Positions 37,766-47,931 of a stretch of DNA of 64,000 bases are shown piece after piece. The translations under genes were made by a program, and so were the position numbers. The notes below the pieces were generated by a model. That model was not told the DNA's origin, made no database searches, and was given only the letters and a program-made list of their open reading frames with translations. The stretch's first letter is position 1, and each line of letters begins with the position of its first letter. Source of the stretch: a candidate division CSSED10-310 bacterium (lineage in GTDB: Bacteria > CSSED10-310); assembly GCA_016931515.1 (NCBI GenBank), contig JAFGEQ010000024.1, positions 31,711 through 95,710 on the forward strand, in the 5' to 3' direction.

Positions 37766-39337
37766 TCAGTTAATCGACTTTTGAATATGCCATATCTGGT
37801 AAGAGCCGGCATCGAGCATATTCTTGTAGAAAGCAGAATTGGGCAGAATCGGAGATATTGTATCTCCTGGGCTTATAATTAGTTGATTTTGCAAAAATTT
37901 TTCATCTGCTGCCACCACGACATGGTATGCGTCGTCCCGACCGCCCAATACCTGCATTCCCTTTAGCTGTAATCTCGGGTTTTCTCTCACAACCCATGTC
38001 GGGATGTGCTGTGTATAGTGTTGAAGAAGAGCGTCTCTCTCCGCATCCGAAATCAAGCTGTAGTTAAACGCGAAAACAGGATACGGACGAGGCGCTTCGA
38101 GAAGCAGAATAATTGAAAAGTCTACCCCTGCGATCAATACCGAATCACCCTGTCGATAACCATACTCCCTCATTTTATCGGCAAGATACTCGTAGGGCGA
38201 TGCCATATGCTGGACAACCCGATAGTTAAACGCTTGAGCTTCTGAAAAAAAAGTAATGAGAATGATAGGAACCAGGCAGAGAAGTGGTGGAATGACCCTT
38301 AAAAATCGGGGTAAAGCCGGCATTTGTCTGTCGGTAAACAGCAAACTCGATCCGATCATCATAGGAGTTAAACAGATAATCAGAGAATATGGCCATTGGG
38401 ATCCTTCGAAGGCAATCCGATAATACTCTGAGACAATCAGCACACAACAGAGGGTAATCAACCGCCGATAATTGTTCATGTATCCTCTGACGAGTCCAAG
38501 AACAGCCACAATTAGAAGAATATCCAGATGGACGCGATTGAAAAGAGTCGCCGACTTGCATAAGTCGAAAATCCCTGGAAAAGACGGATCCCGGTATTCG
38601 GCCGGCCACTCAATACACTGCCGATAAAATCCTGCCGGACTGTCGAAAAGCGTTATCCATGTTAAAACGATTAAAGTAGCCAATCCGAATCCCAACAAAC
38701 AGGCCAGGAGTTTTCCTCCGATATGTCGCATCCTGCTTTTGGTTCCAGACCATTCCGAGTTATTCAAAACGTCCGGAAGAATGCATCCCGCTAACAAGAG
38801 GGCAACGGGGCTCATCACCAGCGTGGTTTTCAGAAACAGGCAGCATGCCGCGCATATTCCTGCCGTAAACAACCATCGGGACGAACCCCTAGCAGCACCC
38901 AACAGAACAATTGAAATGAGTCCAAACGCGAAATCCTCCGGACGGGCATTTCCACCCCAGAGAACACTGGAGTAGGCGGTGCATATAGTGAGCAGAACCA
39001 ACGTGAAAGCACCCAGCCTGCCCACATGTGAATAGACAAGAGCAAACATGCACCCGCAGCCGATGAGGATGACCATCATGTGAGTGAGTGCGGCGGCGGG
39101 CATGGATGCACCAAAAAGCAGGACGGCAGGCGCTAGGAAAAAGCAGATCAGGATTCCCTTCAAGTCATGAGAAAGAGTGAATCGATCCAATGTTTCAGTG
39201 AAGGTTCGAGTGTGAAGCAGATAAACGGACGTATCCGGAGTGAAGTGACCGGCAAAACTGTTGATGATACAGAGGACGGCGAGAATACTTAGCAGTATGA
39301 GGACGATCATTTTGACAAACTGGGACATGACTTTCAT
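37766..39337 (-). CDS. Polytopic membrane protein with a C-terminal soluble domain (possibly a GT-C-type glycosyltransferase; function not established)
   Basis: 523-aa ORF with about 11 hydrophobic helices followed by a ~150-aa soluble tail. No catalytic motif recognised with confidence. Confidence 0.35.
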   Translation of the reverse strand: MKVMSQFVKMIVLILLSILAVLCIINSFAGHFTPDTSVYLLHTRTFTETLDRFTLSHDLKGILICFFLAPAVLLFGASMPAAALTHMMVILIGCGCMFALVYSHVGRLGAFTLVLLTICTAYSSVLWGGNARPEDFAFGLISIVLLGAARGSSRWLFTAGICAACCLFLKTTLVMSPVALLLAGCILPDVLNNSEWSGTKSRMRHIGGKLLACLLGFGLATLIVLTWITLFDSPAGFYRQCIEWPAEYRDPSFPGIFDLCKSATLFNRVHLDILLIVAVLGLVRGYMNNYRRLITLCCVLIVSEYYRIAFEGSQWPYSLIICLTPMMIGSSLLFTDRQMPALPRFLRVIPPLLCLVPIILITFFSEAQAFNYRVVQHMASPYEYLADKMREYGYRQGDSVLIAGVDFSIILLLEAPRPYPVFAFNYSLISDAERDALLQHYTQHIPTWVVRENPRLQLKGMQVLGGRDDAYHVVVAADEKFLQNQLIISPGDTISPILPNSAFYKNMLDAGSYQIWHIQKSIN

Positions 39338-39501
39338 GATTGAATTTTAGCTCATTTCCCCAATCAGTTACAATTCATCCAGCTCAGAAAATTATAATGA
39401 CAGACCTTTTAAAGATGTGTTGAACGATTGTGAAATGATAATTACCGTATATTGGATACCAATATCATCAGGATATGCAATACGTGTAGTCCGGTCCGAA
39501 T

Positions 39502-40941
<1,440 letters not shown>

Positions 40942-41233
40942 TGTATGGATAGCACCTGGGCCGACCCGATTTCAATTTCATTCATCGTAACCTGAACTGC
41001 AGCTATCCGTCTGTCATTTCTCAATTGGCCTGATACGGAAGATTTTCTTCTCCCAGACTCTATATCGCATTAATGGTGATACCGTCTACCGCTACCTCTC
41101 CTGATTCCGGACATAAATTCCGGCAATCACTTTCGCAAAGGGGGTCGCCATGGGTACTGCGATGGAGTTCCGATTCTTCGAGGCGCGATAAAATAATTCC
41201 GGATGCAGGACAGTAACCCAATCAGGTCAAAAC

Positions 41234-42853
41234 CTACATCAGGACCCTCCCGATTTCTTCAAAACTCGTCACGCCTTCCATCACTCGTGCGTACCCGTCG
41301 TCGAGAAGAGACCGGAATCCCGGAATCCGGTCATTCGTTTGAAATTCCTCATTCAGCACATCCTTGCTTCCGGCAGCTGAGACGGCATTGCACGGCTCTG
41401 CAGACGATTTTTTCCCGGCATCCCGGAGTGGTGGCAACTGTGTCGGTTCCGGTAAACGCCAGTATCCTGAACCGGGTTCCAGCAGTTCCATGACGACATC
41501 ACGGCCGCGATATCCTGTCCCGTGACATGTGTCGCATCCAATGGCCCGATAAATCGGTCCCTTAAATGTTCTGAGAATATCGGGCATCATCCGGCGGTCA
41601 GTGTCCGGAACCGGTGCCTTACAGTCCGGGCACAACCGTCGAACCAGCCGTTGTGAGATGACACCGATGACGGTTTCGCGCAACACATGAGCCGGGACTC
41701 CAAGGTCCTGCATCAACCGAAGCGTCGCGTCAGCGTTTCGAGCGTGCAACTGGCTCAGTACAACATGCCCGGTCTGAGCCAACTGAGCCAGCAGTGTCGC
41801 CGTTTCAGGATTTCGGATTTCACCGGCACTGACAGCATCCGGATCCTGACGCATAACCGACCGCAAGGCCGCCGGGAACGTCAGACCGATCGCCGGATTG
41901 ACCTGCATCTGATAGACGTGCGGCAGGATGTATTCAACCGGATCCTCAATAGAAATGACATTCAGGGAACCTCGTTCAGACAGTTCCTTCAACAGCAGAT
42001 ACAGGGTCGTTGTCTTCCCCGATCCGGTCGGACCGGACACAAGAATCATCCCATACGGTGACGCCAGCCAACGCCGAATCATTGCAATCTTGTCGACTGA
42101 CACGCGGATGTGTTCGAATCCCTGCGGAAAGGCATTCCGATCCAAATATCTTATCACAACTTTTTCACCATGGATAAACGGACAGACCGATACGCGTAAA
42201 TCCAACCTTTTTTCCTCCGCTTTGGCCGAGCCGGATTCTGCGGGTTGACGCAACATGATCCGGCCGTCCTGCGGTATTTTGTGCTCCCCGGGATCCAATG
42301 CAGCCATCTCTTTGATTCGACCGACTATCGCACGGTATACAAGCGGATCCAGGCTGTCAGGCTGCTCCTTCAACACCCCATCGATGCGCAAACGCACTCG
42401 CCCGCCGTCTTCCGTGGGCTCCAGATGAAGATCACTTGCCCGGCTTTCCATCGCTTCGATGAGCAAACGGTTCACCTGCTTCAGAACATCGTGATACTGT
42501 GTCTTCACTGCCTCCAGCAGTAAGCCGACTCCCCGCGGTTCCGGAAGCTCCGGTTGATCAGCCATTAGTCTCCCGGCAAGACTTTTGAGAGTTGTATCCA
42601 GCTTTCCTGAATCCTCACCCGTCCGAATCGACTCTAAAACCTCCGCCGGCAGGAATTTCATGCGTCCCAGACTCTGAGCAAGCGTATCACCGGAACGGAT
42701 GAGACCGATCATCGCATTGATCATATCCCCGTCCATTTCGTCGGCCTCCGAAGACAGTGTTTCCAGCGTCTTGAGCAGTGGTACACCCCGTTCTAACAGG
42801 TTACCGGTCCGTTCAAAAAGAACCGCTATTCGCTTTTTCATCGTGTTGCTCAT
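41234..42853 (-). CDS. GspE/PilB-family secretion-type ATPase with an N-terminal GspF(T2SSF)-like domain
   Basis: Walker A 'VSGPTGSGKTTTLY', Asp box 'ISIEDPVEY', Walker B 'DPDAVSAGEIR', His box 'GHVVLSQLHA', tetracysteine 'CPDC...CDTCHGTGYRGR'. N-terminus 'LLERGVPLLKTLETLS...SGDTLAQSLGRMKFLPAEVLESIRTGEDSGKLDTTLKSLA'. GGAGGA SD 7 nt upstream of ATG 42853. Confidence 0.85.
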   Translation of the reverse strand: MSNTMKKRIAVLFERTGNLLERGVPLLKTLETLSSEADEMDGDMINAMIGLIRSGDTLAQSLGRMKFLPAEVLESIRTGEDSGKLDTTLKSLAGRLMADQPELPEPRGVGLLLEAVKTQYHDVLKQVNRLLIEAMESRASDLHLEPTEDGGRVRLRIDGVLKEQPDSLDPLVYRAIVGRIKEMAALDPGEHKIPQDGRIMLRQPAESGSAKAEEKRLDLRVSVCPFIHGEKVVIRYLDRNAFPQGFEHIRVSVDKIAMIRRWLASPYGMILVSGPTGSGKTTTLYLLLKELSERGSLNVISIEDPVEYILPHVYQMQVNPAIGLTFPAALRSVMRQDPDAVSAGEIRNPETATLLAQLAQTGHVVLSQLHARNADATLRLMQDLGVPAHVLRETVIGVISQRLVRRLCPDCKAPVPDTDRRMMPDILRTFKGPIYRAIGCDTCHGTGYRGRDVVMELLEPGSGYWRLPEPTQLPPLRDAGKKSSAEPCNAVSAAGSKDVLNEEFQTNDRIPGFRSLLDDGYARVMEGVTSFEEIGRVLM

Positions 42854-43328
42854 CAGATAATCCTCCAGGGAAAGTTAGAATGTTACTCTTCATCAAGGAC
42901 CTGTCATGACTGATTTCCCGGAAAAGGCCCCTTTCTTTTAACTCCATCCACCGGATCAGTCGCTCGCGGTTGAAACGGATCCTGCCGGCGACTTCAAACG
43001 CCGGCACGTTATCGAGACAATTCACGAGTTCCGGGACCGTGATCCCCAGAAATGCCGCGGTCTCCTCAATATCCATTACTTCACGATCAGCGAGGGGCGT
43101 CCGAAGCTGATGATCGAGTGCGATCCGGATCCGGAGATCTGCATCATCAGGCATTGCCAATTCCGAGAATGGTTCCAGCGCCATTCGGAGAGTCCGTGCC
43201 GATTCGGCCTGAGTCCAGCATTCCGCGCATATTGACAGATGGCTCATAAAACTTTCATGCTCAACAGAGTTAAGTTTACCGGCCAGGAAACTTTCCAGAT
43301 AACGGCATTCGTTAAGATTCCGATTCAT
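42813..43328 (-). CDS. Cytoplasmic zf-HC2-type anti-sigma factor candidate carrying an excisionase/MerR-like HTH domain
   Basis: 'CRYLESFLAGKLNSVEHESFMSHLSICAECW' (zf-HC2 pattern). 'MDIEETAAFLGITVPELVNCLDNVPAFEVAGRIRFNRERLIRWM' (HTH_17-like). No TM helix. ATGA overlap with the sigma gene. Confidence 0.6.
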   Translation of the reverse strand: MNRNLNECRYLESFLAGKLNSVEHESFMSHLSICAECWTQAESARTLRMALEPFSELAMPDDADLRIRIALDHQLRTPLADREVMDIEETAAFLGITVPELVNCLDNVPAFEVAGRIRFNRERLIRWMELKERGLFREISHDRSLMKSNILTFPGGLSDEQHDEKANSGSF

Positions 43329-43894
43329 CGCCCCTCCTCCGTGCTTTTGGAAACCTCCTGGTCATTAACAGCACCAGCCGATTTCAACACCGCCCTGATC
43401 CGATGAAGGCGTACTCGAACAGCTTCCGGCGTCAATCCCATGATGCCCGCAATTGACAATCCGTCCAGTCCTTCCAGTTCCTTCAACAGCACCAGGATTT
43501 TGTCCTCCGGTTGAAGTCCTGCAAGGAGTCGCTGCAACGTATCGCAAGCTACCAATCGCTGTTCGAAGCGTCCTCTGTCACCCGGGTCCGGTAACGGTTT
43601 CGAGGAGTGGTTTCGCATGTCCCACCGTTTCCGGTTGCGCCCGATATCGCGAATCCGGTTGGCGGATATCTGAAACAGCCAGGACCTGAAACGGTCAGCC
43701 GGCTGATACTTGTCCGCCGCTCCCGCAACGCGCAGAAATACGTCCTGAACCGCGTCTTCGGCATCGGCAGGTGATCCCAGGCAGGCGACTGCAAACCGGA
43801 ATACCCGGTGGCGATACCGCTCATACAGCATGGTGAACGCGTCCGTCGTACCTGCTGCAAACATGACCATCAACTCCTCGTCACTAAACCGCAT
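43325..43894 (-). CDS. ECF-type RNA polymerase sigma-70 factor
   Basis: Region 2 'FTMLYERYRHRVFRFAVACLGSPADAEDAVQDVFLRV' and region 4 'LSIAGIMGLTPEAVRVRLHRIRAVL'. ATG 43894 has a GGAGG SD. Confidence 0.85.
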   Translation of the reverse strand: MRFSDEELMVMFAAGTTDAFTMLYERYRHRVFRFAVACLGSPADAEDAVQDVFLRVAGAADKYQPADRFRSWLFQISANRIRDIGRNRKRWDMRNHSSKPLPDPGDRGRFEQRLVACDTLQRLLAGLQPEDKILVLLKELEGLDGLSIAGIMGLTPEAVRVRLHRIRAVLKSAGAVNDQEVSKSTEEGR

Positions 43895-44030
43895 TCTGCC
43901 TCCATTCACCTGTAAAACAATCGTGAGGACGATTATGTTACAGAGGCAGACGATTTTTTTCACGGGTGTCGCGTTTCAGAACGGGCATACCACCAAACGC
44001 GGCTTATTCTGGATCATGGGAATTGATTGG

Positions 44031-44240
44031 CTATGATTGTTTAGCCTCGTTACAAGGTTGAACACCTATCGATTTCAAAATAGTGACCATCGGACACCAA
44101 CCGGTAAACCCGGATTGAAGAAGATTCAATCCGATAAAAGCGGTAAACAGCAACCAATAGGGCGATAGGAACTTTGCCAGAACCAGGCTTAATATAATAA
44201 AAACACCTGCAATAACCCGTAACCATCTTTCAATATTCAT
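44031..44240 (-). CDS. DUF2892 (YgaP C-terminal-like) small membrane protein
   Basis: 'ERWLRVIAGVFIILSLVLA...LFTAFIGLNLLQSGFTGWCPM'. Confidence 0.7.
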   Translation of the reverse strand: MNIERWLRVIAGVFIILSLVLAKFLSPYWLLFTAFIGLNLLQSGFTGWCPMVTILKSIGVQPCNEAKQS

Positions 44241-44462
44241 AAATCACCTCCAGGTCCCTTAGATATCTGTGGGAGACTTGCGTTACATGGTCACTGTGCG
44301 CAAATCACTCTTCTCTTTGGACCTTTACTGTGCGCATCTTTCACTGGTTGCGTACCCCTGGCCGCATTCGGTTGCCGCTGCGTGGCGATCAATGTTCAAG
44401 GTTTTGCTCTCGTCGTCTCGTCCTTTCCTCTTCCCCTGTCCGTACCCGAACAGGACAATTTT

Positions 44463-45137
44463 TTAAGTGAGGTCTTTCACCTGCCATTGAGGAATCTCTT
44501 GAATTCCGCGGGAAGACATTCTGTAAATCCCCGGCGATTCCCGCTCAAACCATCCGTACACGTTCCGATACAAAATGGTCCTGGCATCAGGTTCCTTGAG
44601 AGCAAAGGCTACCTGTGAGGCCTTCGTCGGACCGTTTTCCTGAAGGAACCGGCCGATCGCAAGAGCTCTCTGCCTGTATGCCGTCATGATACCTTTTCTC
44701 ATGTCGGTTCCTCCAGTGTTGGGATCACCTTTCCGTCGTACGAACTCACCGAGTAAATACTCCCTGCGCTGTCTCGATTTGCGGGGATGATACTCTCCAG
44801 GATCGAGAACCACCTCGACACTTCCCGTCTTCAGATGCGGATCGATCGTCAGTAGACCTAGGCCCAACAGCCGGAGCAGCTTGATAACCTGTTTCCGACG
44901 CCGTTTCAGCGCGCGGCATTGTCTGCGAACGCCAATATAGACTTTTGTGGTCAGAGCTTGTCGATCGACCGCCTGCAGTATGACATCCAGATTAAGCGAG
45001 AGCTTTAGTTCAACGATCACGGGTTCATCGTCACCGCGTACAGCGAGGACATCACAAGCGTGGATTTCGGCTTTCACCTCATAGTTCTGTGATTCCAGGA
45101 ATTTCTTAACAGGGAGGTAGAGATCTGATTCTTTCAT
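44463..45137 (-). CDS. PD-(D/E)XK-like N-domain plus winged-helix C-domain protein (DUF2161-like)
   Basis: 'LYLPVKKFLESQNYEVKAEIHACDVLAVRGDDEPVIVELKLSLN' (D...ExK arrangement). The basic C-terminal half resembles a wHTH. Confidence 0.45.
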   Translation of the reverse strand: MKESDLYLPVKKFLESQNYEVKAEIHACDVLAVRGDDEPVIVELKLSLNLDVILQAVDRQALTTKVYIGVRRQCRALKRRRKQVIKLLRLLGLGLLTIDPHLKTGSVEVVLDPGEYHPRKSRQRREYLLGEFVRRKGDPNTGGTDMRKGIMTAYRQRALAIGRFLQENGPTKASQVAFALKEPDARTILYRNVYGWFERESPGIYRMSSRGIQEIPQWQVKDLT

Positions 45138-45337
45138 TGTTCCCTTTATTGACGGGGTGCGGTGTTCACACAGTCCGTTTCAATAGTAACAGGCAGAGCT
45201 TGCAGACGGCAACGCATAACGGAGTGAACAGCTCGGTGAACCCAGGTTCATCATACAACATCCTTGACGCACACCGGTTTGGCTGGCACATTGGAGGTAA
45301 TCCGGAATGAACCCGTTCGTCGTTTCGCGGCAAATCT

Positions 45338-46696
45338 ATGTGTGACTCGTCCCGGGAGCCAACAATCTTGCGATTACCATTTCTGATTGATTTTCAAACT
45401 CAATACATGAAACTATTTTATGTACGGGCGCGGCTGCTTTGGGAGAACTTTTCCTGCGATACCCATCATGATACACGTCTCATCGACAGCGCATTCTACG
45501 AACTGGCTCTTTCGTTCCATGAGCGATCGTGCGAAGATGGTGCGGCTGACATCAGGGATAGAAACGATTCGCCAGCCGACTCCGGAACCCTTTACAACCT
45601 CATCCGTCGTATTATTCTGCGTGACCTGGTGGACCGTCATCCGGATGTTGCAGCTTTGATTTTTCGCCTGAGTGACTATGATTACCATTATGGAACCGAC
45701 CTTGACCGGGGCACCGATCCAGCCCGGTATCGAGCGGTAATGAGCCGGCGAATAGCGCCGGATGTGCTGGAACTGATGCGGATCCGAAATCGGTTGGCGA
45801 TCGAACTGGGATATAACTGTTACCGATCGCTGGTTTTCGATATCGAGGACATTGACCAAGCCGGTTTAACCGCACTGCTGAACCGGCACCTGGAGGAGAA
45901 TCTCGACGCAGCCCGGTCAATCGCCAGCGATCACGCGATTACGTTGACGCCGGGTTGGCTCGACGGGCTTCATCACATCGGACGGGCACCATGCAGCATG
46001 TCACCGGAATCCGCCATCTTTGAGCTAACCCGGCAACTGGGTCTGCATCGGGCCGCAGACAGAATCCGAATTACCTGCAGGGACAATGGTTTCGGCTACA
46101 CCAGTGTCATTGCATTCCGTGACATCCATATCCTCTCGGGGCCCCTGGATTCTCTGAGCGCATGGGGAACACTATTTCATGAAGCCGGTCATGCCATTGC
46201 GTGCGCCATGAACATGGAAAGCGGCCTTTTCGGAACCTGGAGCGCCGGCTTTGATGAGGCCATGGCGGAAGTGATAGAGCCGGTTGCCGCGCGTATGCTG
46301 CTGGATCGTGAGCAGCAGACATCGCTTCGGGATATAGGCATTCTGACAAGCTGCCGCTGTGCATTGAGCGCTTTGTTCGAGTTTGCGCTCTGGGACGACC
46401 CGTCGCAGGCGGAAAAGCTGTTTTCAGACTTCTTCAGCCGTCTGGTCACGGGCACGGGCGATCCGGCGTTATGGGTGTTCGATACGTTTCGCAGTATCGA
46501 TCCGTTCTATATCTATCATTATGTGGTGGGACACCGGCTGGCTGAGCGGATTTTCGAGCATTTGACGGTTCAGGCAGGAGCGGATCACGAGAAATGGGGC
46601 GAATGGCTCATTCGACGCTTTTATGCAGACGGTCGCAAGCGATCATTGGTAAAAAAGACCGCTGAATCCGGTGTGGGTGATTTATGGTTATTGTGA
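45338..46696 (+). CDS. Zinc metallopeptidase, M3 (oligoendopeptidase F)-like
   Basis: 'LFHEAGHAIACAM' (HExxH) with a downstream 'FDEAMAEVIE' Glu, 'ALFEFALW' and 'DPFYIYHYVVGHRLAERIF'. Start uncertain (45338 or ATG 45407). Confidence 0.5.
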   Translation: MCDSSREPTILRLPFLIDFQTQYMKLFYVRARLLWENFSCDTHHDTRLIDSAFYELALSFHERSCEDGAADIRDRNDSPADSGTLYNLIRRIILRDLVDRHPDVAALIFRLSDYDYHYGTDLDRGTDPARYRAVMSRRIAPDVLELMRIRNRLAIELGYNCYRSLVFDIEDIDQAGLTALLNRHLEENLDAARSIASDHAITLTPGWLDGLHHIGRAPCSMSPESAIFELTRQLGLHRAADRIRITCRDNGFGYTSVIAFRDIHILSGPLDSLSAWGTLFHEAGHAIACAMNMESGLFGTWSAGFDEAMAEVIEPVAARMLLDREQQTSLRDIGILTSCRCALSALFEFALWDDPSQAEKLFSDFFSRLVTGTGDPALWVFDTFRSIDPFYIYHYVVGHRLAERIFEHLTVQAGADHEKWGEWLIRRFYADGRKRSLVKKTAESGVGDLWLL

Positions 46697-46729
46697 GTAA
46701 GTGACTGAAAACATGGAGAGTGAACAACA

Positions 46730-47098
46730 ATGAACGAACATCTGAAAACCCAATTCGTTTCAGACCATCTGGTCGATCAGATTATTGATGGCCGGAAAAC
46801 CGCAAGCGTGGTCGGACTGGACGAGGTTGATGTGCCGGAAGACGACTACAACGATGCGCTGGTCGTCGGTCGGTATTACGATGTGTATGACAGCCGGTTT
46901 CAACCGCGGGTTACGATTCGGATCACCGCGATGGAGCTATGCCGGTGGGATGTTATCCCGGAGAGGTTGTGGCGGGGTGAGGTGGAGAGGAGTGCCGATG
47001 AATTCCGTGAAGACCACGTGGACTATTTCGGGAATCCGGGACCTGATTTTGAGTTCATTGCTTACTATTTTAGGGTAGTGGAGAAAAACGAGAGGTGA
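46730..47098 (+). CDS. ASCH domain protein
   Basis: 122 aa. 'LVDQIIDGRKTASV' N-terminal motif and a small beta-barrel-sized protein. Confidence 0.6.
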   Translation: MNEHLKTQFVSDHLVDQIIDGRKTASVVGLDEVDVPEDDYNDALVVGRYYDVYDSRFQPRVTIRITAMELCRWDVIPERLWRGEVERSADEFREDHVDYFGNPGPDFEFIAYYFRVVEKNER

Positions 47099-47211
47099 AC
47101 GGTCTGGATGACTAGGGTTGGAAGCCAGGTTCCACTGCCCATCTCGTGCTTTGCGCGATCCAGTAGCCCTCAATGGCGGCTGCATTAAGAATCATAAAAT
47201 GTTAATTACAC

Positions 47212-47240
47212 TTGACATGAGTTCAAATGTTAATTATACT
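47212..47240 (+). promoter_or_regulatory. Sigma-70-type promoter giving a probably leaderless XRE transcript
   Basis: TTGACA (47212-47217), 17-nt spacer, TATACT (47235-47240). The ATG at 47248 lies 7 nt after the -10 and has no SD. Confidence 0.5.
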
Positions 47241-47247
47241 TAACATT

Positions 47248-47466
47248 ATGACTCACGAACACGTATCAAATAACATAAAGGAACTTCGCAAGAACAGTGG
47301 TTTCACGCAAGCGCAACTGGCTGAGTTAGTGGGTGTGGCTCGAGTGTCCATTGTCGCGATTGAAAACGGGCGCTTTCTTCCGACGATTGAAACAGCTCTG
47401 CGCATCAGTAAAGCATTAGGTGTTTCGATTGAGCGTATATTCTGGCTAAAGGATGAAACCAAATGA
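47248..47466 (+). CDS. Short XRE/Cro-C1-family HTH regulator (y4mF/YozG-like)
   Basis: 'IKELRKNSGFTQAQLAELVGVARVSIVAIENGRFLPTIETALRISKALGVSIERIF'. Confidence 0.85.
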   Translation: MTHEHVSNNIKELRKNSGFTQAQLAELVGVARVSIVAIENGRFLPTIETALRISKALGVSIERIFWLKDETK

Positions 47467-47837
47467 AAAAAGTATTTTTACATTTCTACTTTTCAAGGGC
47501 CCTCCTGAGCTCTATTTTTTCCGTATTCATAATGGGGATCACTTGGAAAGCCCTATTTCTGGCAATTTCGTTTTTTGGATTGTTTTTACTCTATCTTCAT
47601 AGCGGTTGGTTCAGTATTGATTTGAATCATCCATTTATGCCTTTGCGACGTGACCCTCGAGGGTTGGAGATTCAAAGAAAGGCTCTTCTGGCTTCTGTGA
47701 TTTCGGGCCTGTTCATCAACTTGTTTTCATCGCAGCTGACGGGTCTTACAGGCTTTTCTCTACCAGGCAATGTTGCTGTTTCTATTGGGATTATCACTTA
47801 TTTTGTCACGCAGTTTATCCTGTTTATTCGTGCTTGA
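47463..47837 (+). CDS. Small four-helix membrane protein co-translated with the XRE regulator
   Basis: ATGA overlap with the XRE stop. Four hydrophobic segments. No known motif. Confidence 0.5.
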   Translation: MKKVFLHFYFSRALLSSIFSVFIMGITWKALFLAISFFGLFLLYLHSGWFSIDLNHPFMPLRRDPRGLEIQRKALLASVISGLFINLFSSQLTGLTGFSLPGNVAVSIGIITYFVTQFILFIRA

Positions 47838-47931
47838 CTGTTGTATCCGCTGTTGAAAAGCTCGTCGCACAAAACCTTGACGAACACCGGTTCGGCGCTG
47901 ATTATAGGAACATCTACCGGAGGATAAATAT

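Noticed and set aside
44435-44464. A hairpin plus T6 on the + strand next to the DUF2161-like gene stop, considered as the terminator of an unannotated + strand sRNA
   Set aside because: The stem is only 5 bp with an ~11-nt loop. The T-run overlaps the stop codon region of the minus-strand gene, and there is no upstream promoter evidence.
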